This document shows positions 30,206 to 39,770 of a stretch of 64,000 nucleotides of DNA, piece by piece. The stretch comes from an uncultured Candidatus Bathyarchaeia archaeon (lineage in GTDB: Archaea; Thermoproteota; Bathyarchaeia; 40CM-2-53-6), in the NCBI GenBank assembly GCA_964601325.1, contig CAZRNA010000003.1, positions 4,629 to 68,628 of the forward strand, read 5' to 3'. The notes under the pieces are model-generated. The model saw only the letters and a list, made by a program, of their open reading frames with translations, was not told the origin of the DNA and made no database searches. Made by a program: the position numbers and the translations under genes. Numbering within the stretch: the stretch's first letter is position 1; each line of letters opens with the position of its first letter.

Positions 30206-31357
30206 ATGCCCACTGAGATTTCGCTTCTAGTCGAGCTGGGAATCATAGCTGGTTCGGCTCTAGCCTTGAGCTTGGTTACTTGGGCACTTCGCCTGCCCAC
30301 GGCATTGGGGCAGCTTATCGCAGGAATGATTATCGGACCGTTCGGATTCAGACTGATCACCGATCTTGCCACCATCAATGCGATGGCAGAGGTCGGCATC
30401 GTACTTCTCCTGTTCATCATTGGGCTCCAACTTGACCCTCAAGAGTTGGTGACCATGGGAAGGAAGGTTCTCGCATTCTCATTAGCGGAGATTACGGTCT
30501 CTTTCACTGCTGGATTGTTCGCGGGGTTCCTCTTGGGATGGTCGGTTCGCGAAACCATCCTCCTAGCCGCGGTTATTGGTGTCAGTAGTACCGCTCTCGT
30601 GGCAAAGACGCTCCACGATCACGGAGTCTTGACTCAAGCATATGCGCGTATGATGATTGGCGCGTTGATCATAGAGGACATAGTGGCAGTCATCATCCTG
30701 TCGCTTCTGCCAAGTCTAGTACCCGGTGGTCCGTCTGGACTAGCTGAAGTGGGTCCATTGATTCTGCGCGGGGTTCTCCTGATTTCCCTTATACTCATCT
30801 TTGGAGCTTACGCAGCTCCTCATCTTATCGACAGGATCAGCCAACTTGATCTCGATGTGGACGAAGCGGGCTTCCTTCTGTCGATAGGTCTCGGATTTGC
30901 GATGGCAGTTCTATCCTATGTACTGGGGTTTTCTGCTGCGACGGGTGCGTTTCTGATGGGTCTCATGATTCGTGGAAAGCGGGCGAGGTTTGTCTACGAG
31001 AAGATCCGCCCTGTCCGGGATCTTTTCCTAGTCATCTTCTTTGTATCGATGGGCATGCTAGTGGACCCTTCACAGTTTCTCAACGCGAGTCTTGTCTTGC
31101 CCGTCATTGGGCTGGCGCTCATTGGTAAGTATGTGGGCTCCTACTTGGGGGCGTTTCTCTCGGCTCAGCGGGAGCGAGCGGGAGATATTGCTATTCGCAT
31201 GACTCCGCGTGGAGAATTCAGTTTCGTCATTGCTGGTGAGGCATATTCCGTTGGAGCTGCGAGAGCGTTCATCTACCCAATCGCAGGAGCCATCGTTCTT
31301 TTCACCACGATGGTCTCAGCGATTGCTCAGATTCCTAGGAAGAAACGCCCGAGATGA
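30206..31357 (+). CDS. CPA2 cation:proton antiporter (KefB-like membrane domain)
   Basis: GIVLLLFIIGL, SSTALV, IIEDI, GAFLMG, FFVSMGM, PRGEFSFVIA. Confidence 0.92.
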   Translation: MPTEISLLVELGIIAGSALALSLVTWALRLPTALGQLIAGMIIGPFGFRLITDLATINAMAEVGIVLLLFIIGLQLDPQELVTMGRKVLAFSLAEITVSFTAGLFAGFLLGWSVRETILLAAVIGVSSTALVAKTLHDHGVLTQAYARMMIGALIIEDIVAVIILSLLPSLVPGGPSGLAEVGPLILRGVLLISLILIFGAYAAPHLIDRISQLDLDVDEAGFLLSIGLGFAMAVLSYVLGFSAATGAFLMGLMIRGKRARFVYEKIRPVRDLFLVIFFVSMGMLVDPSQFLNASLVLPVIGLALIGKYVGSYLGAFLSAQRERAGDIAIRMTPRGEFSFVIAGEAYSVGAARAFIYPIAGAIVLFTTMVSAIAQIPRKKRPR

Positions 31358-31411
31358 TCCATGTCCCAGATGTGAACGGATATCTGTTTCATAGTGTGGT
31401 TCGTCGGGAAG

Positions 31412-31521
31412 CGCCGGGGGTGGGATTTGAACCCACGAGGCCCGAAGACCATCGGCTTAGCAAGCCGACGCCTTACCTGGATGCCCAACACGTTCCCCAT
31501 GTGTTTCTAGGCAACCCCGGC
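31412..31521 (-). tRNA. tRNA-Ser(GCT) with 26-nt intron at position 15/16 (31481..31506)
   Basis: Acceptor stem GCCGGGG/CCCCGGC, anticodon arm TCGGC-TTGCTAA-GCCGA, long variable arm, GTTCAAATC T loop, G73. Confidence 0.92.
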
Positions 31522-31724
31522 ATCCAAACAAGTGTGAGCAGTCACAGAGACTGATAACATTTCCGAAAACTGCGTCATTGGCATTCCCTGATTCCGGGCA
31601 AAAACCGGACATCGTACAAGCGATTCCGGATCAACTGCCGACAACGTGCGACAGAATGTAGAAGAAAACAAGAGGATATTTCAAGCCGCATTCGGCCTGG
31701 CTTGTTATCGGATTCTTCGTTACT

Positions 31725-31964
31725 TCAACGAGTCCAAGATTTCGGGGAAGTCATCTGGCCGACGAGCTGCTTGTTTGCGTCATGGTAGGCCTTGGCAAGT
31801 TGACGGGATACGTCGTGGTCGAGGCCGCTTTGGATGAGTTGTTCCTCGAAGACACCAGTCATGTGGCGTATGTTGCCTCTGATGCTGATTGGAAGCCAAA
31901 GGAGGCTTGGAAGTATTTTCAGGACGTAGTATCCTGACCGTGCTATGGCTGTGGCGGAAACCAT
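31725..31964 (-). CDS. Small hypothetical protein, third gene of a putative operon
   Basis: GGAGGG ribosome-binding site; FEEQLIQSGLD.DVSRQLAKAY resembles the neighbour's YYKELKAGGFPDDVA. Confidence 0.65.
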   Translation of the reverse strand: MVSATAIARSGYYVLKILPSLLWLPISIRGNIRHMTGVFEEQLIQSGLDHDVSRQLAKAYHDANKQLVGQMTSPKSWTR

Positions 31965-32001
31965 GTTTCATTTCCCTCCTTGAAGCGCATGCCTTGGGCT
32001 G

Positions 32002-32343
32002 CTAATCTTTCTCGAGTTCGCGCTTGATCTTCTCCTTCACGGCCTTGCTGACATCATCGTCATCTTCGGATTCTCGTGCAGCTTTGATCACGTCACCGAT
32101 TTTGGTGAAGACGCTCACGTATTCCTGCGTCATACGCAAAGCAACGTCGTCCGGGAATCCTCCCGCCTTTAGCTCCTTGTAGTATGTTGCCGCTGCCTTC
32201 GCCATGTTTCGCGCCGCGTCTTCGGAGAATACTGCGCCGACGAGTCCTTTGATGAGTCCTGGAACCTTGTCTGAAACGACAGATAGGATCTCAGCGACTT
32301 CCTCGGGACTGTCGTGCCTACTATGCTTCTTCTCATCGTCCAT
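32002..32343 (-). CDS. Conserved archaeal hypothetical protein
   Basis: GAGGTGA ribosome-binding site; helical protein, EILSVVSDKVPGLIKG...YYKELKAGG. Confidence 0.8.
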   Translation of the reverse strand: MDDEKKHSRHDSPEEVAEILSVVSDKVPGLIKGLVGAVFSEDAARNMAKAAATYYKELKAGGFPDDVALRMTQEYVSVFTKIGDVIKAARESEDDDDVSKAVKEKIKRELEKD

Positions 32344-32442
32344 TATTCATTCACCTCGTCTTTCTGATCGTATTGATATCGAGTCTGGTCAGTAAGGATA
32401 GGTATTCTGTGAAAAAGTGACCAGTTAGCCGCGGTCGACTGG

Positions 32443-32880
32443 TCACTCCGCGAGCTTGTAGACCGTACCCTTACCTTTCTCCACCAGAACGATCCCTTCA
32501 TCGATCAACCCACGTAGCCTTGATCTCACTATCCTGCGTGAGGCGTGTCCTCTTGCTTCTCTTAGGGCTCGCTCTATCTGGGAGGTGTTCTGAGGGCCTT
32601 CCAGTGCGAGCGTCTGGATGATCAGGCGAGAAAGCTCATCCTTTTCGACCGAGCGCTGGTGAAGGTACTTCCTTGCTGCCGACAAGCGTTCAAGCGCGGC
32701 GATCGGTTCCTTGACGAGCAACACTCCGGCGCGCAAGTTGCTGACGGTGGACGCCAGTTCTGGGTGTTCGAGGGAATCCGAAAGAATCCTCTCGATCGTC
32801 TCCAGCCTACTCATGATCGTGCCGAGCTCACGATCAAGTTCTTTGATCTTGGCATCCGAAGCTTTGGGCAACACGATCAC
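32443..32880 (-). CDS. Coiled-coil plus winged-helix protein (putative regulator)
   Basis: IIQTLALEGPQNTSQI...ASRRIVRSRL..LIDEGIV. Confidence 0.8.
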   Translation of the reverse strand: MIVLPKASDAKIKELDRELGTIMSRLETIERILSDSLEHPELASTVSNLRAGVLLVKEPIAALERLSAARKYLHQRSVEKDELSRLIIQTLALEGPQNTSQIERALREARGHASRRIVRSRLRGLIDEGIVLVEKGKGTVYKLAE

Positions 32881-32911
32881 GAAACAATAACTCGTCTACA
32901 CGATGCTTGAA

Positions 32912-33328
32912 CTAGACTTCCTGCTCAATACGATAGCTCGTCGTCACTTTCACGTCTGGACGGAATATCCCTCTCACCGAGCAGTATTTCTTCTCTGACA
33001 GCTCGATCGCTCTCTTGACGGCTGATTCTCTGAGGCCTCGCCCACGTACAACGTACTCGATTTGAACGGCTTCATAGTACATGGGATCCTTCTTTCTCCT
33101 AGTTCCTGTAACCTTCATCTCAAGTCCGGTCACTTCTTGGCGCTGGCGTTTCAGGATCCAGATGATGTCCATGCCCGTACATCCGCCGAGTCCGACGAGT
33201 ACGAGTTTGACTGGCCGGAACCCGTGTCCCTCGCCTCCGCCTTCCGGATCCGCGTCCATCGCAAGCGAGTCGCCTTCCTCTGTTGTGGCGGTGAAACGCA
33301 TGCCCCCCTCCCACTTCACATTCACCAA
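32912..33328 (-). CDS. OsmC/YhfA family protein
   Basis: GLGGCTGMD and SEKKYCSV. Confidence 0.92.
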   Translation of the reverse strand: MVNVKWEGGMRFTATTEEGDSLAMDADPEGGGEGHGFRPVKLVLVGLGGCTGMDIIWILKRQRQEVTGLEMKVTGTRRKKDPMYYEAVQIEYVVRGRGLRESAVKRAIELSEKKYCSVRGIFRPDVKVTTSYRIEQEV

Positions 33329-33354
33329 TACGCTCGTTCTCCTGAATACTCAAG

Positions 33355-33654
33355 ATGAGCCCACATTCGTCAATACAAATCCTTGCATTCGTCAACTTCC
33401 AGGCGGGCAGGATCTATTGTGCAAGAGATACTGGCTTGATTCTAGAGATGGAACGCTTCAACGTTGACGTTGCCTGCTTGCCCGTCAGCGGAACCTGCGT
33501 GATGACTGCAGAGGAAGACGTGGAGCCCACTAGATACATCAAGTTGAAGGTCGCTATACCAATGCATTACGGGGCGATTGTCGGTGACGATCGTGACGCT
33601 GAGAGATTCAAGACGCTAGCATCGTGTGATGTTCGAATACTCTCGAAAGAGTGA
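33355..33654 (+). pseudogene. Degenerate C-terminal fragment of a metallo-beta-lactamase-fold hydrolase (UPF0173-like)
   Basis: IYCARDT (from IYHAGDT), DVACLPVSG, AIPMHYG; N-terminal HxHxDH region absent. Confidence 0.7.
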
Positions 33655-33688
33655 TTCCGACAGTTGCGTGTGCGACAGAGTGGACTTC

Positions 33689-33826
33689 TTACAGTCTGCG
33701 CCTTATTCGGCGCAGAGTCCTCTTGACTCGTCGCTTTGTATTTCTGGCTCCTCTCTTCGCTTTGCCTCGCAGGGTTCTCGGGCGTCCAACTCGTCGTCGG
33801 CGCGCACGTTTCTTCTTTCTTGGCAT
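33689..33826 (-). CDS. 45-aa extremely basic protein
   Basis: MPRKKKRARRRRVGRPRTLRGKAKRGARNTKRRVKRTLRRIRRRL; 26 of 45 residues R/K, no D/E; below the ORF-track cutoff. Confidence 0.6.
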   Translation of the reverse strand: MPRKKKRARRRRVGRPRTLRGKAKRGARNTKRRVKRTLRRIRRRL

Positions 33827-34206
33827 GGTCCTGATATTGTCTTTATGCAAAGAAAAGCGTTGCGGAAATCGTTTTTCAATTCGAATGTTGACCGATTGTG
33901 TTCTTGCTATCTGAGATTTCAGATGAATACTCGTAACGAGTACATCATACCAGTATCGTCGACTGGGTTCTTCGCGAGTCTTCTACCAGAACTCGTAATG
34001 AACACTTGCGAGATTTCTTTACTCCCAAGTCGATTCTGCTAGAGCAATCTCAGATTCCATGATCAGGTTTTCACGAGAGCGAGAATGAGACTCGATAAGT
34101 GCTGCTCTCCGGCTTCTATCGGTCTAGCCCAGCCATCTGCTATGGGAATAAGCCTAAATGAGTGTTCACTGCATGCAGGCGCCTCAAGCAGGGAGCAACG
34201 CAACTA

Positions 34207-34527
34207 TTGTCTTGGACAGATGAGCGCGCGAAAGTTCTCGCGGATCTAAAGAAACTCGAACCAGCTGATCGTCTCTCGCTGTACGCGAGTCTCATTAGGC
34301 TGAACTCCGCTCTTTTTGAGAGCGTCCGCGGTTGGGACGCCTGGCTAAGGAATCCCCCATTCATGGAGACTTTCTCACAGGAAGAACTCAATGAGATATT
34401 CGCTAGTTTCAAAGATGTTACAACGAAATTCTTGGAAGAAGACGTCAAGTGGACCGGAAAGAAGGAACAGAGCCCTCTGAAAGTCAGCAAGACTGAGAAG
34501 GGCGAAGGCGAGAGGCGCTACGCCTAG
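34207..34527 (+). CDS. DUF2153-like archaeal protein
   Basis: DRL.LY...SV.GW..WL.NP..M..FS.EEL..IF......KFLEED; TTG start at 34207. Confidence 0.75.
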   Translation: MSWTDERAKVLADLKKLEPADRLSLYASLIRLNSALFESVRGWDAWLRNPPFMETFSQEELNEIFASFKDVTTKFLEEDVKWTGKKEQSPLKVSKTEKGEGERRYA

Positions 34528-34549
34528 TCTCAGATAGGAGCGGGGGATC

Positions 34550-35014
34550 ATGAGCTGTGCACCGTTCGTGCAAACGCCGGTTGAAGTCGCGAAGAAGATG
34601 ATTCAGCTGGCGGATCTGAAGTCAGGCCAAACCTTATTCGATCTCGGTGCCGGGGACGGCAGATTGGTGATTCTGACTGCCCAAGAGACAGAGGCTTCTG
34701 CGGTCGGAGTGGAAATGAGAGATGATCTCATTGAGAGAGCACGCTCGGAAATCAAGAAGCTGAGCCTTGAGAGTAGAGTCAGGATGATTCACGATGACTT
34801 CTTCAATGTGGACCTGGGGGAGGCCGATGCGGTGACTCTCTACCTGACCACAAGCGGCAACGAGCGTCTTCGTCCAAAACTGGAACGTGAGCTCAAGAAG
34901 GGCGCGAAGGTCATCTCGCATGATTTCAAGGTAGGCAACTGGAAGCCATCAGTTGTCTACAACGAACTGCTCGGGCACACGATCTATTCGTATGAAGTCG
35001 GTGCACAACTCTAG
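34550..35014 (+). CDS. SAM-dependent methyltransferase, archaeal protein-lysine methyltransferase (aKMT)-like
   Basis: APFVQTP, DLGAGDGR, VTLYL, LRPKLERELK.G.KVISHDF. Confidence 0.85.
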   Translation: MSCAPFVQTPVEVAKKMIQLADLKSGQTLFDLGAGDGRLVILTAQETEASAVGVEMRDDLIERARSEIKKLSLESRVRMIHDDFFNVDLGEADAVTLYLTTSGNERLRPKLERELKKGAKVISHDFKVGNWKPSVVYNELLGHTIYSYEVGAQL

Positions 35015-35131
35015 ACGTATCTGATCTCAGGCGATCGCGTGAACTTTCCTAAGCGGCCACGCCTGAGCTACGAGCGAACCTGGTGAGAACAAGGCTAGGC
35101 GACGATTCTGAAGACAAGTATTCGTGTCCCC

Positions 35132-35995
35132 GTGAGCTTGATAGCTTTCTCCGGCGTTCTGTGGGGGACGTCTTTCGTCGCTATGAAAGTGGGCTTGAAA
35201 TACGTTGACCCCTATTCGTTTGCCTTTCTGAGACTGGTGACGGCCTTCGTTTTCTCGGCCGCTCTCGTGTTTGTCAGAGAACGCCCTAACTTGAATGTGC
35301 TTCGCGACTGGAGAATCTGGGCTCTTGGTATTCTGAACGCCGGAGGTTTCATACTTCAGTATGTGGGAATATCGTATACAACTGCGAACAGGACGGCTCT
35401 GATCACTAATTCAAACGTGGCCTTCACAGCATTCCTGAGTTGGAGTTTGTATCACGAGCCGATGGGTTTCGGTAACTTGCTTGCCCTCCCATTATCCGTC
35501 TTGGGCCTGTTCCTTCTCGTAACTGGTGGTGACCTCAGCACCCTGTCGGGCGGCCAGGTGATGGGCGATCTTCTAGTCCTACTGGCCGGTCTCGTCTGGT
35601 CCTTCTTCCTTGTGCTGAACAAGGACATGGTTTCGAGAAGGAGCACAAACGTCTCACAGATGGTTGCGTGGGTGATGCTCGTCACCACAATAGGGACCGC
35701 TCCGGTCGCTTTCCTTTTGGGGGATGTGACGAGTGTCGCTGTTCCATTGGAGGGATGGGTAGCTGTTGCCTACACGGCAGTTCTCTGCACGGTCGCACCT
35801 TACTGGCTGTTCACAAGAGGACAAAGGTTTGTGGGTGCAACTTTGTCGGCGCTTGTTCTCTTGATCGAGGTCGTCGTGGCTATCATCTCGTCAGCTCTGA
35901 TTCTCGGTGAACAGTTCGCAATTGGTAGCGGTCTCGGAGCCGTACTTGTCTGCGCATCCATCGTGCTCGCATCCAGAGGTTCCAGCTCGAGGTAG
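35132..35995 (+). CDS. DMT/EamA family transporter
   Basis: LWGTSF, FLRL, GDLLVLLAGLVWS; 10 TMs; the true start may lie slightly upstream. Confidence 0.92.
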   Translation: MSLIAFSGVLWGTSFVAMKVGLKYVDPYSFAFLRLVTAFVFSAALVFVRERPNLNVLRDWRIWALGILNAGGFILQYVGISYTTANRTALITNSNVAFTAFLSWSLYHEPMGFGNLLALPLSVLGLFLLVTGGDLSTLSGGQVMGDLLVLLAGLVWSFFLVLNKDMVSRRSTNVSQMVAWVMLVTTIGTAPVAFLLGDVTSVAVPLEGWVAVAYTAVLCTVAPYWLFTRGQRFVGATLSALVLLIEVVVAIISSALILGEQFAIGSGLGAVLVCASIVLASRGSSSR

Positions 35996-36049
35996 GATTT
36001 CGCAAATCTCTATACGAAACGCGACACTTCTTCATCAGAGGCGACGCAT

Positions 36050-36715
36050 GTGGGCATCCGCCGGAAAGAACTTGCCAAGATGATTGATTACACTTTGCTG
36101 AATCCTTCAGCAACCCGAGATCAAGTGGAAAGGCTCTGCGACGAAGCAAGGAGCCACGGGGTCTATGCCGTATGCGTCAACTCGACTTGGGTTTCACTCG
36201 CAGTCAATGCATTGCGGGGTACAGATGTCAAGGTCTGTTCGACGGTGGGCTTTCCTCTTGGTGCCTCCTTGCCAGCGGTTAAGGCATTTGAGGCTCAAAC
36301 TGTCCTGAGCCTCGGGGCTTCCGAGGTGGACATGGTCATGAATGTTGGTGCATTGAAGTCCCGAGACTTGGCGGCGGTTCGGGAGGATATTGAGCGAGTC
36401 GTGAAGGCATGCAAGCAGGCTCCGGTCAAGGTCATCATAGAGTCAGGGTACTTGAGCGACGAAGAGAAAGTCCAAGCATGCAAGCTCGCTCAAGAGGCAG
36501 GCGCGGCTTTCGTGAAGACATCGACTGGTTTCGGCTCGGGCGGCGCCACGGTGACCGATGTCATGTTGATGCGCAGGACGGTTGGAGAACGGTTCGGGGT
36601 CAAGGCTGCAGGAGGGATCCGAACCTACAAGGACTGTGTTGCGATGATCGAGGCTGGCGCGAATAGAATTGGAACCAGCAGCGCAATTCAGATTCTCAAA
36701 GAATGCCCGGTCTAG
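36050..36715 (+). CDS. deoC: Deoxyribose-phosphate aldolase
   Basis: VGFPLGA, EVDMV, KVIIE, FVKTSTGF, VKAAGGIR, RIGTS. Confidence 0.97.
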   Translation: MGIRRKELAKMIDYTLLNPSATRDQVERLCDEARSHGVYAVCVNSTWVSLAVNALRGTDVKVCSTVGFPLGASLPAVKAFEAQTVLSLGASEVDMVMNVGALKSRDLAAVREDIERVVKACKQAPVKVIIESGYLSDEEKVQACKLAQEAGAAFVKTSTGFGSGGATVTDVMLMRRTVGERFGVKAAGGIRTYKDCVAMIEAGANRIGTSSAIQILKECPV

Positions 36716-36909
36716 GTTTTCCCAGTCTCTCTTATGGTTGTCTGTTGATCAAATCTGTTGTTGGGTAAGGTGATTTTCACCTTTATTTCGCATCCGTGAC
36801 ACTCAGAAAGCCGCATAAGGCGAAACGTCGAACTGGAAATAGACGACGAAAGTTGTAGCACAGAATCTTCCCTCAACGTTCAATTAACACACAAACATAA
36901 TGAGTCGTT

Positions 36910-37200
36910 ATGCTAGAGGTCACGATGCCACGATTGGATGAGTCTATGAACACAGGGAAACTCATCGAGTGGCTGAGAAAGGAAGGCGATCGTGTGAAAG
37001 AAGGCGAACCGATCGCCGTAGTTGAGGGAGAAAAGACAACGTTCGAGATTGAGGCTCCAGCATCCGGCCTCATCCGCAAGACACTTCATCCAGCAGGCTC
37101 AGAGGTTCGAGTCGACCAGCCCATCGCGTTGATCGACACTGGCACGAACGGCCAACACGAATCCACGGGGGGGCCATGCGTAGCATTCAAGGTCGAATAA
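36910..37200 (+). CDS. Stand-alone lipoyl-carrier domain
   Basis: MPRLDESM..GKLIEWL.KEGD.V..GEPI..VEGEKTTFEIEAP.SG. Confidence 0.85.
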   Translation: MLEVTMPRLDESMNTGKLIEWLRKEGDRVKEGEPIAVVEGEKTTFEIEAPASGLIRKTLHPAGSEVRVDQPIALIDTGTNGQHESTGGPCVAFKVE

Positions 37201-37204
37201 CATC

Positions 37205-37633
37205 ATGTCTGCAAATGTGTCGGACGATCTGAATCTGGCCAAGAGAACACTCCGTGAAGAAGAATTATCTCTCGCTGTTGCAAAGAATGGCAGGATTCTC
37301 TTCAAGAGCAAGTCGCACGGCGTCAGCGATCTGCTCGCAATGATTAGTGATGTCGGTGGGCTAACTGAGGGTGCTTCACTTGCCGACAGCATCGTAGGCA
37401 GAGCTGCCGCGCTGCTCTGCGTGTACTCCAAGATAATCGCCGTCTACGGTGTGAACATGAGCGAAGGCGCGCTGTCTGTCTTCAAGGCGAATGGCATCAA
37501 GTGCGAGTATGGAACCTTGGTTGCAAGGATACTGAATCGCGAGAAGAATGACGTTTGTCCTTTTGACAAGGCTGTCCTGGGAATAGTCGACCCAAGCATC
37601 GCATTGGATAGGTTGAAATCCCTCAGGCTTTAA
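37205..37633 (+). CDS. DUF1893 (TM1506-like) protein
   Basis: GASLADSIVGRAAALL, ILNREK.DVCPFD. Confidence 0.88.
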   Translation: MSANVSDDLNLAKRTLREEELSLAVAKNGRILFKSKSHGVSDLLAMISDVGGLTEGASLADSIVGRAAALLCVYSKIIAVYGVNMSEGALSVFKANGIKCEYGTLVARILNREKNDVCPFDKAVLGIVDPSIALDRLKSLRL

Positions 37634-37664
37634 TCCTCTATCACTTGGGATGAAGTGAGGAACT

Positions 37665-37937
37665 ATGAACACGACTAATCGTCTCGTAGCATCAGTCCTT
37701 GGTGGAGAAATCATAACCCTGTTGACGGGACTATTCTCGAACACGCCAGAAATGCTGGTGGGTGCGGAACACTATGGCTTTCCGCTCGCTTGGCTCATTC
37801 GGATGATAGTGGCCCCGGAATACAACCCCTGGAGAATCGAATTCGTCAACTTCCTAGCTGACGTGGTCGTCTCGTCCGTAATTCTCTTCGTGATCGTCTT
37901 CATCGTGGAGAAGATAAGGAAACCAGCTAGCAAGTGA
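37665..37937 (+). CDS. Small two-TM membrane protein (paralog of 18453..18734)
   Basis: ITLLTGLFSNTPEMLVGAEHYGFPLAWLIRM. Confidence 0.8.
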   Translation: MNTTNRLVASVLGGEIITLLTGLFSNTPEMLVGAEHYGFPLAWLIRMIVAPEYNPWRIEFVNFLADVVVSSVILFVIVFIVEKIRKPASK

Positions 37938-38076
37938 CAACATCCGGGTCTCGAGCATAGACTGCTGAAGGACCTTTCCGCACTCGTTCGTGCGGCCTCA
38001 CCGTACTGGGAAGTGGGGTACGTCACGCTCTGTGGAAAGCGATATCCGAGCAAGGCGCGATCATCAGGGTGGACAG

Positions 38077-39750
38077 GTGGGCAGCACGAGTAGTCCAGAA
38101 GCGAATCCAAACGCGGTGAAATGGTGGGGTTGGGGTCTCGAGTCGAAAACTTATCCGCTCGATGACAAACCGCAATTCTGGCCCTATCTTCTCGAAACTC
38201 TGAAGCTCGCGAAACTGAGGGAATGTTCACGCGTTACGATCGAGGAAGTCAGACTTCCACCATGTCGACTTAATGACAGGGCTTTGGCGAGGCTGAAACA
38301 GGCCGTCGGCGCAGACGTTTCATCAGAGAAGTATGACCGGCTTACGCACAGCCTCGGGAGATCGTACCTCGACCTCGTCAATCTGCGTCGGGGTCTGATC
38401 CGAAATCCGCCCGACGCTGTAGTCTATCCAAAAGATGAACGCGATGTAGCGAAGCTGCTTAGCTTTGCTCGTGCAAACCGAATCTCAATCGTCCCATTTG
38501 CAGGCGGAAGCAGTGTCGTCGGGGGAGTCGAACCGATCAAGCTGAGAGGAAGGAAGGGTGCGGTCACCGTTGATTTGCGACGGATGAAGAGTGTGCTTGA
38601 TGTGGACGCGTTTTCGCTCACCGCGACCGTCGAAGTAGGCATATCTGGACCTGAGTTGGAGGATGAACTGAACAAGAGGGGCTTCACGCTAGGTCATTTT
38701 CCTCAATCATTCCAGTTCTCTGTGCTAGGCGGATGGATAGCGACCCGATCCGCGGGGCAAGTGTCAACGAAATACGGCAAGATCGAAGACATGGTTGAGA
38801 GCCTCACGCTTGTCTCGCCCACTGGTAAGTTGGACACCAAAGCTGTTCCCGCGTCCGCGTCTGGTCCACAACTCAAGCAAGTCCTGATCGGGTCAGAAGG
38901 TACTCTGGGCGTCATTACGAAAACAAAGCTGCGCATTCACCGTTTTCCTGCGGTTAGGCGATATGAGGGCCTGATGTTCAAATCATTCCGAGACGGCATC
39001 AACGCAATTCGAGAGACGATGCAAAGCGGATTGATTCCTGCAATGATGCGTCTCTCAGATCCTGACGAGACGACAGTCTCACTCATGCTCTCATCCCAAA
39101 GCGCCACGACGAAGCTGGGATTATGGATGCTTGAACGAATGGGGTATGTTCCGTCTCGGGAGTGTGTAATGATTCTCGGAGTTGAGGGAGAGCCGACAGC
39201 CGTCAAGGCTGAGCGACAAGTCGCGGTCAGGGCGTGCAAGCGGAACGGAGCTTTCGCAATTGGCAAAGGCGTTGGTGCCACCTGGCTGAATGAGAGGTTC
39301 GAGTTGCCGTATTTGCGGGACGTTCTCTTGGACCACTGCATCTTGGTTGACACCCTTGAAACTGCGACGACTTGGGATAAGCTCGAAGCACTGCATGGAG
39401 CCATGAAGAAATCGATCGAGGAGGCCATTGCGGAAATGGGCGTAGCCGGGCTCGCATTTGCTCACGTCTCACATGCGTATCCGGACGGTGCCTCGATATA
39501 CTACACGCTCGTGGCGCCGCAGGTCAACGGGAAGGAGGTGCAGCAATGGTTGAGAATCAAGAAGGCGGCAACAGACTGCATCATGCAGAACGGAGGCACG
39601 CTCAGCCACCACCATGGTATCGGAAAGGATCACGCTCCGTGGATCAAACAGGAGCTCGGCGAGAATGGGCTCGCTCTCCTAGGAGCCATGAAGAAGCAGC
39701 TTGACCCCGAAGGAATAATGAACCCGGGCAAGCTACTAGTATCCTCCTGA
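38077..39750 (+). CDS. FAD-linked oxidoreductase, alkyl-dihydroxyacetonephosphate synthase (AGPS)-like
   Basis: KWWGWG, PDAVVYP, GGSSVVGG, GHFPQSFQFS.LGGWIATRSAGQ.STKYGKIED, DTLETA, HVSHAY, SHHHGIG, MNPGKL. Confidence 0.9.
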   Translation: MGSTSSPEANPNAVKWWGWGLESKTYPLDDKPQFWPYLLETLKLAKLRECSRVTIEEVRLPPCRLNDRALARLKQAVGADVSSEKYDRLTHSLGRSYLDLVNLRRGLIRNPPDAVVYPKDERDVAKLLSFARANRISIVPFAGGSSVVGGVEPIKLRGRKGAVTVDLRRMKSVLDVDAFSLTATVEVGISGPELEDELNKRGFTLGHFPQSFQFSVLGGWIATRSAGQVSTKYGKIEDMVESLTLVSPTGKLDTKAVPASASGPQLKQVLIGSEGTLGVITKTKLRIHRFPAVRRYEGLMFKSFRDGINAIRETMQSGLIPAMMRLSDPDETTVSLMLSSQSATTKLGLWMLERMGYVPSRECVMILGVEGEPTAVKAERQVAVRACKRNGAFAIGKGVGATWLNERFELPYLRDVLLDHCILVDTLETATTWDKLEALHGAMKKSIEEAIAEMGVAGLAFAHVSHAYPDGASIYYTLVAPQVNGKEVQQWLRIKKAATDCIMQNGGTLSHHHGIGKDHAPWIKQELGENGLALLGAMKKQLDPEGIMNPGKLLVSS

Positions 39751-39770
39751 AAGAATGTAGGTGTCAAGCC

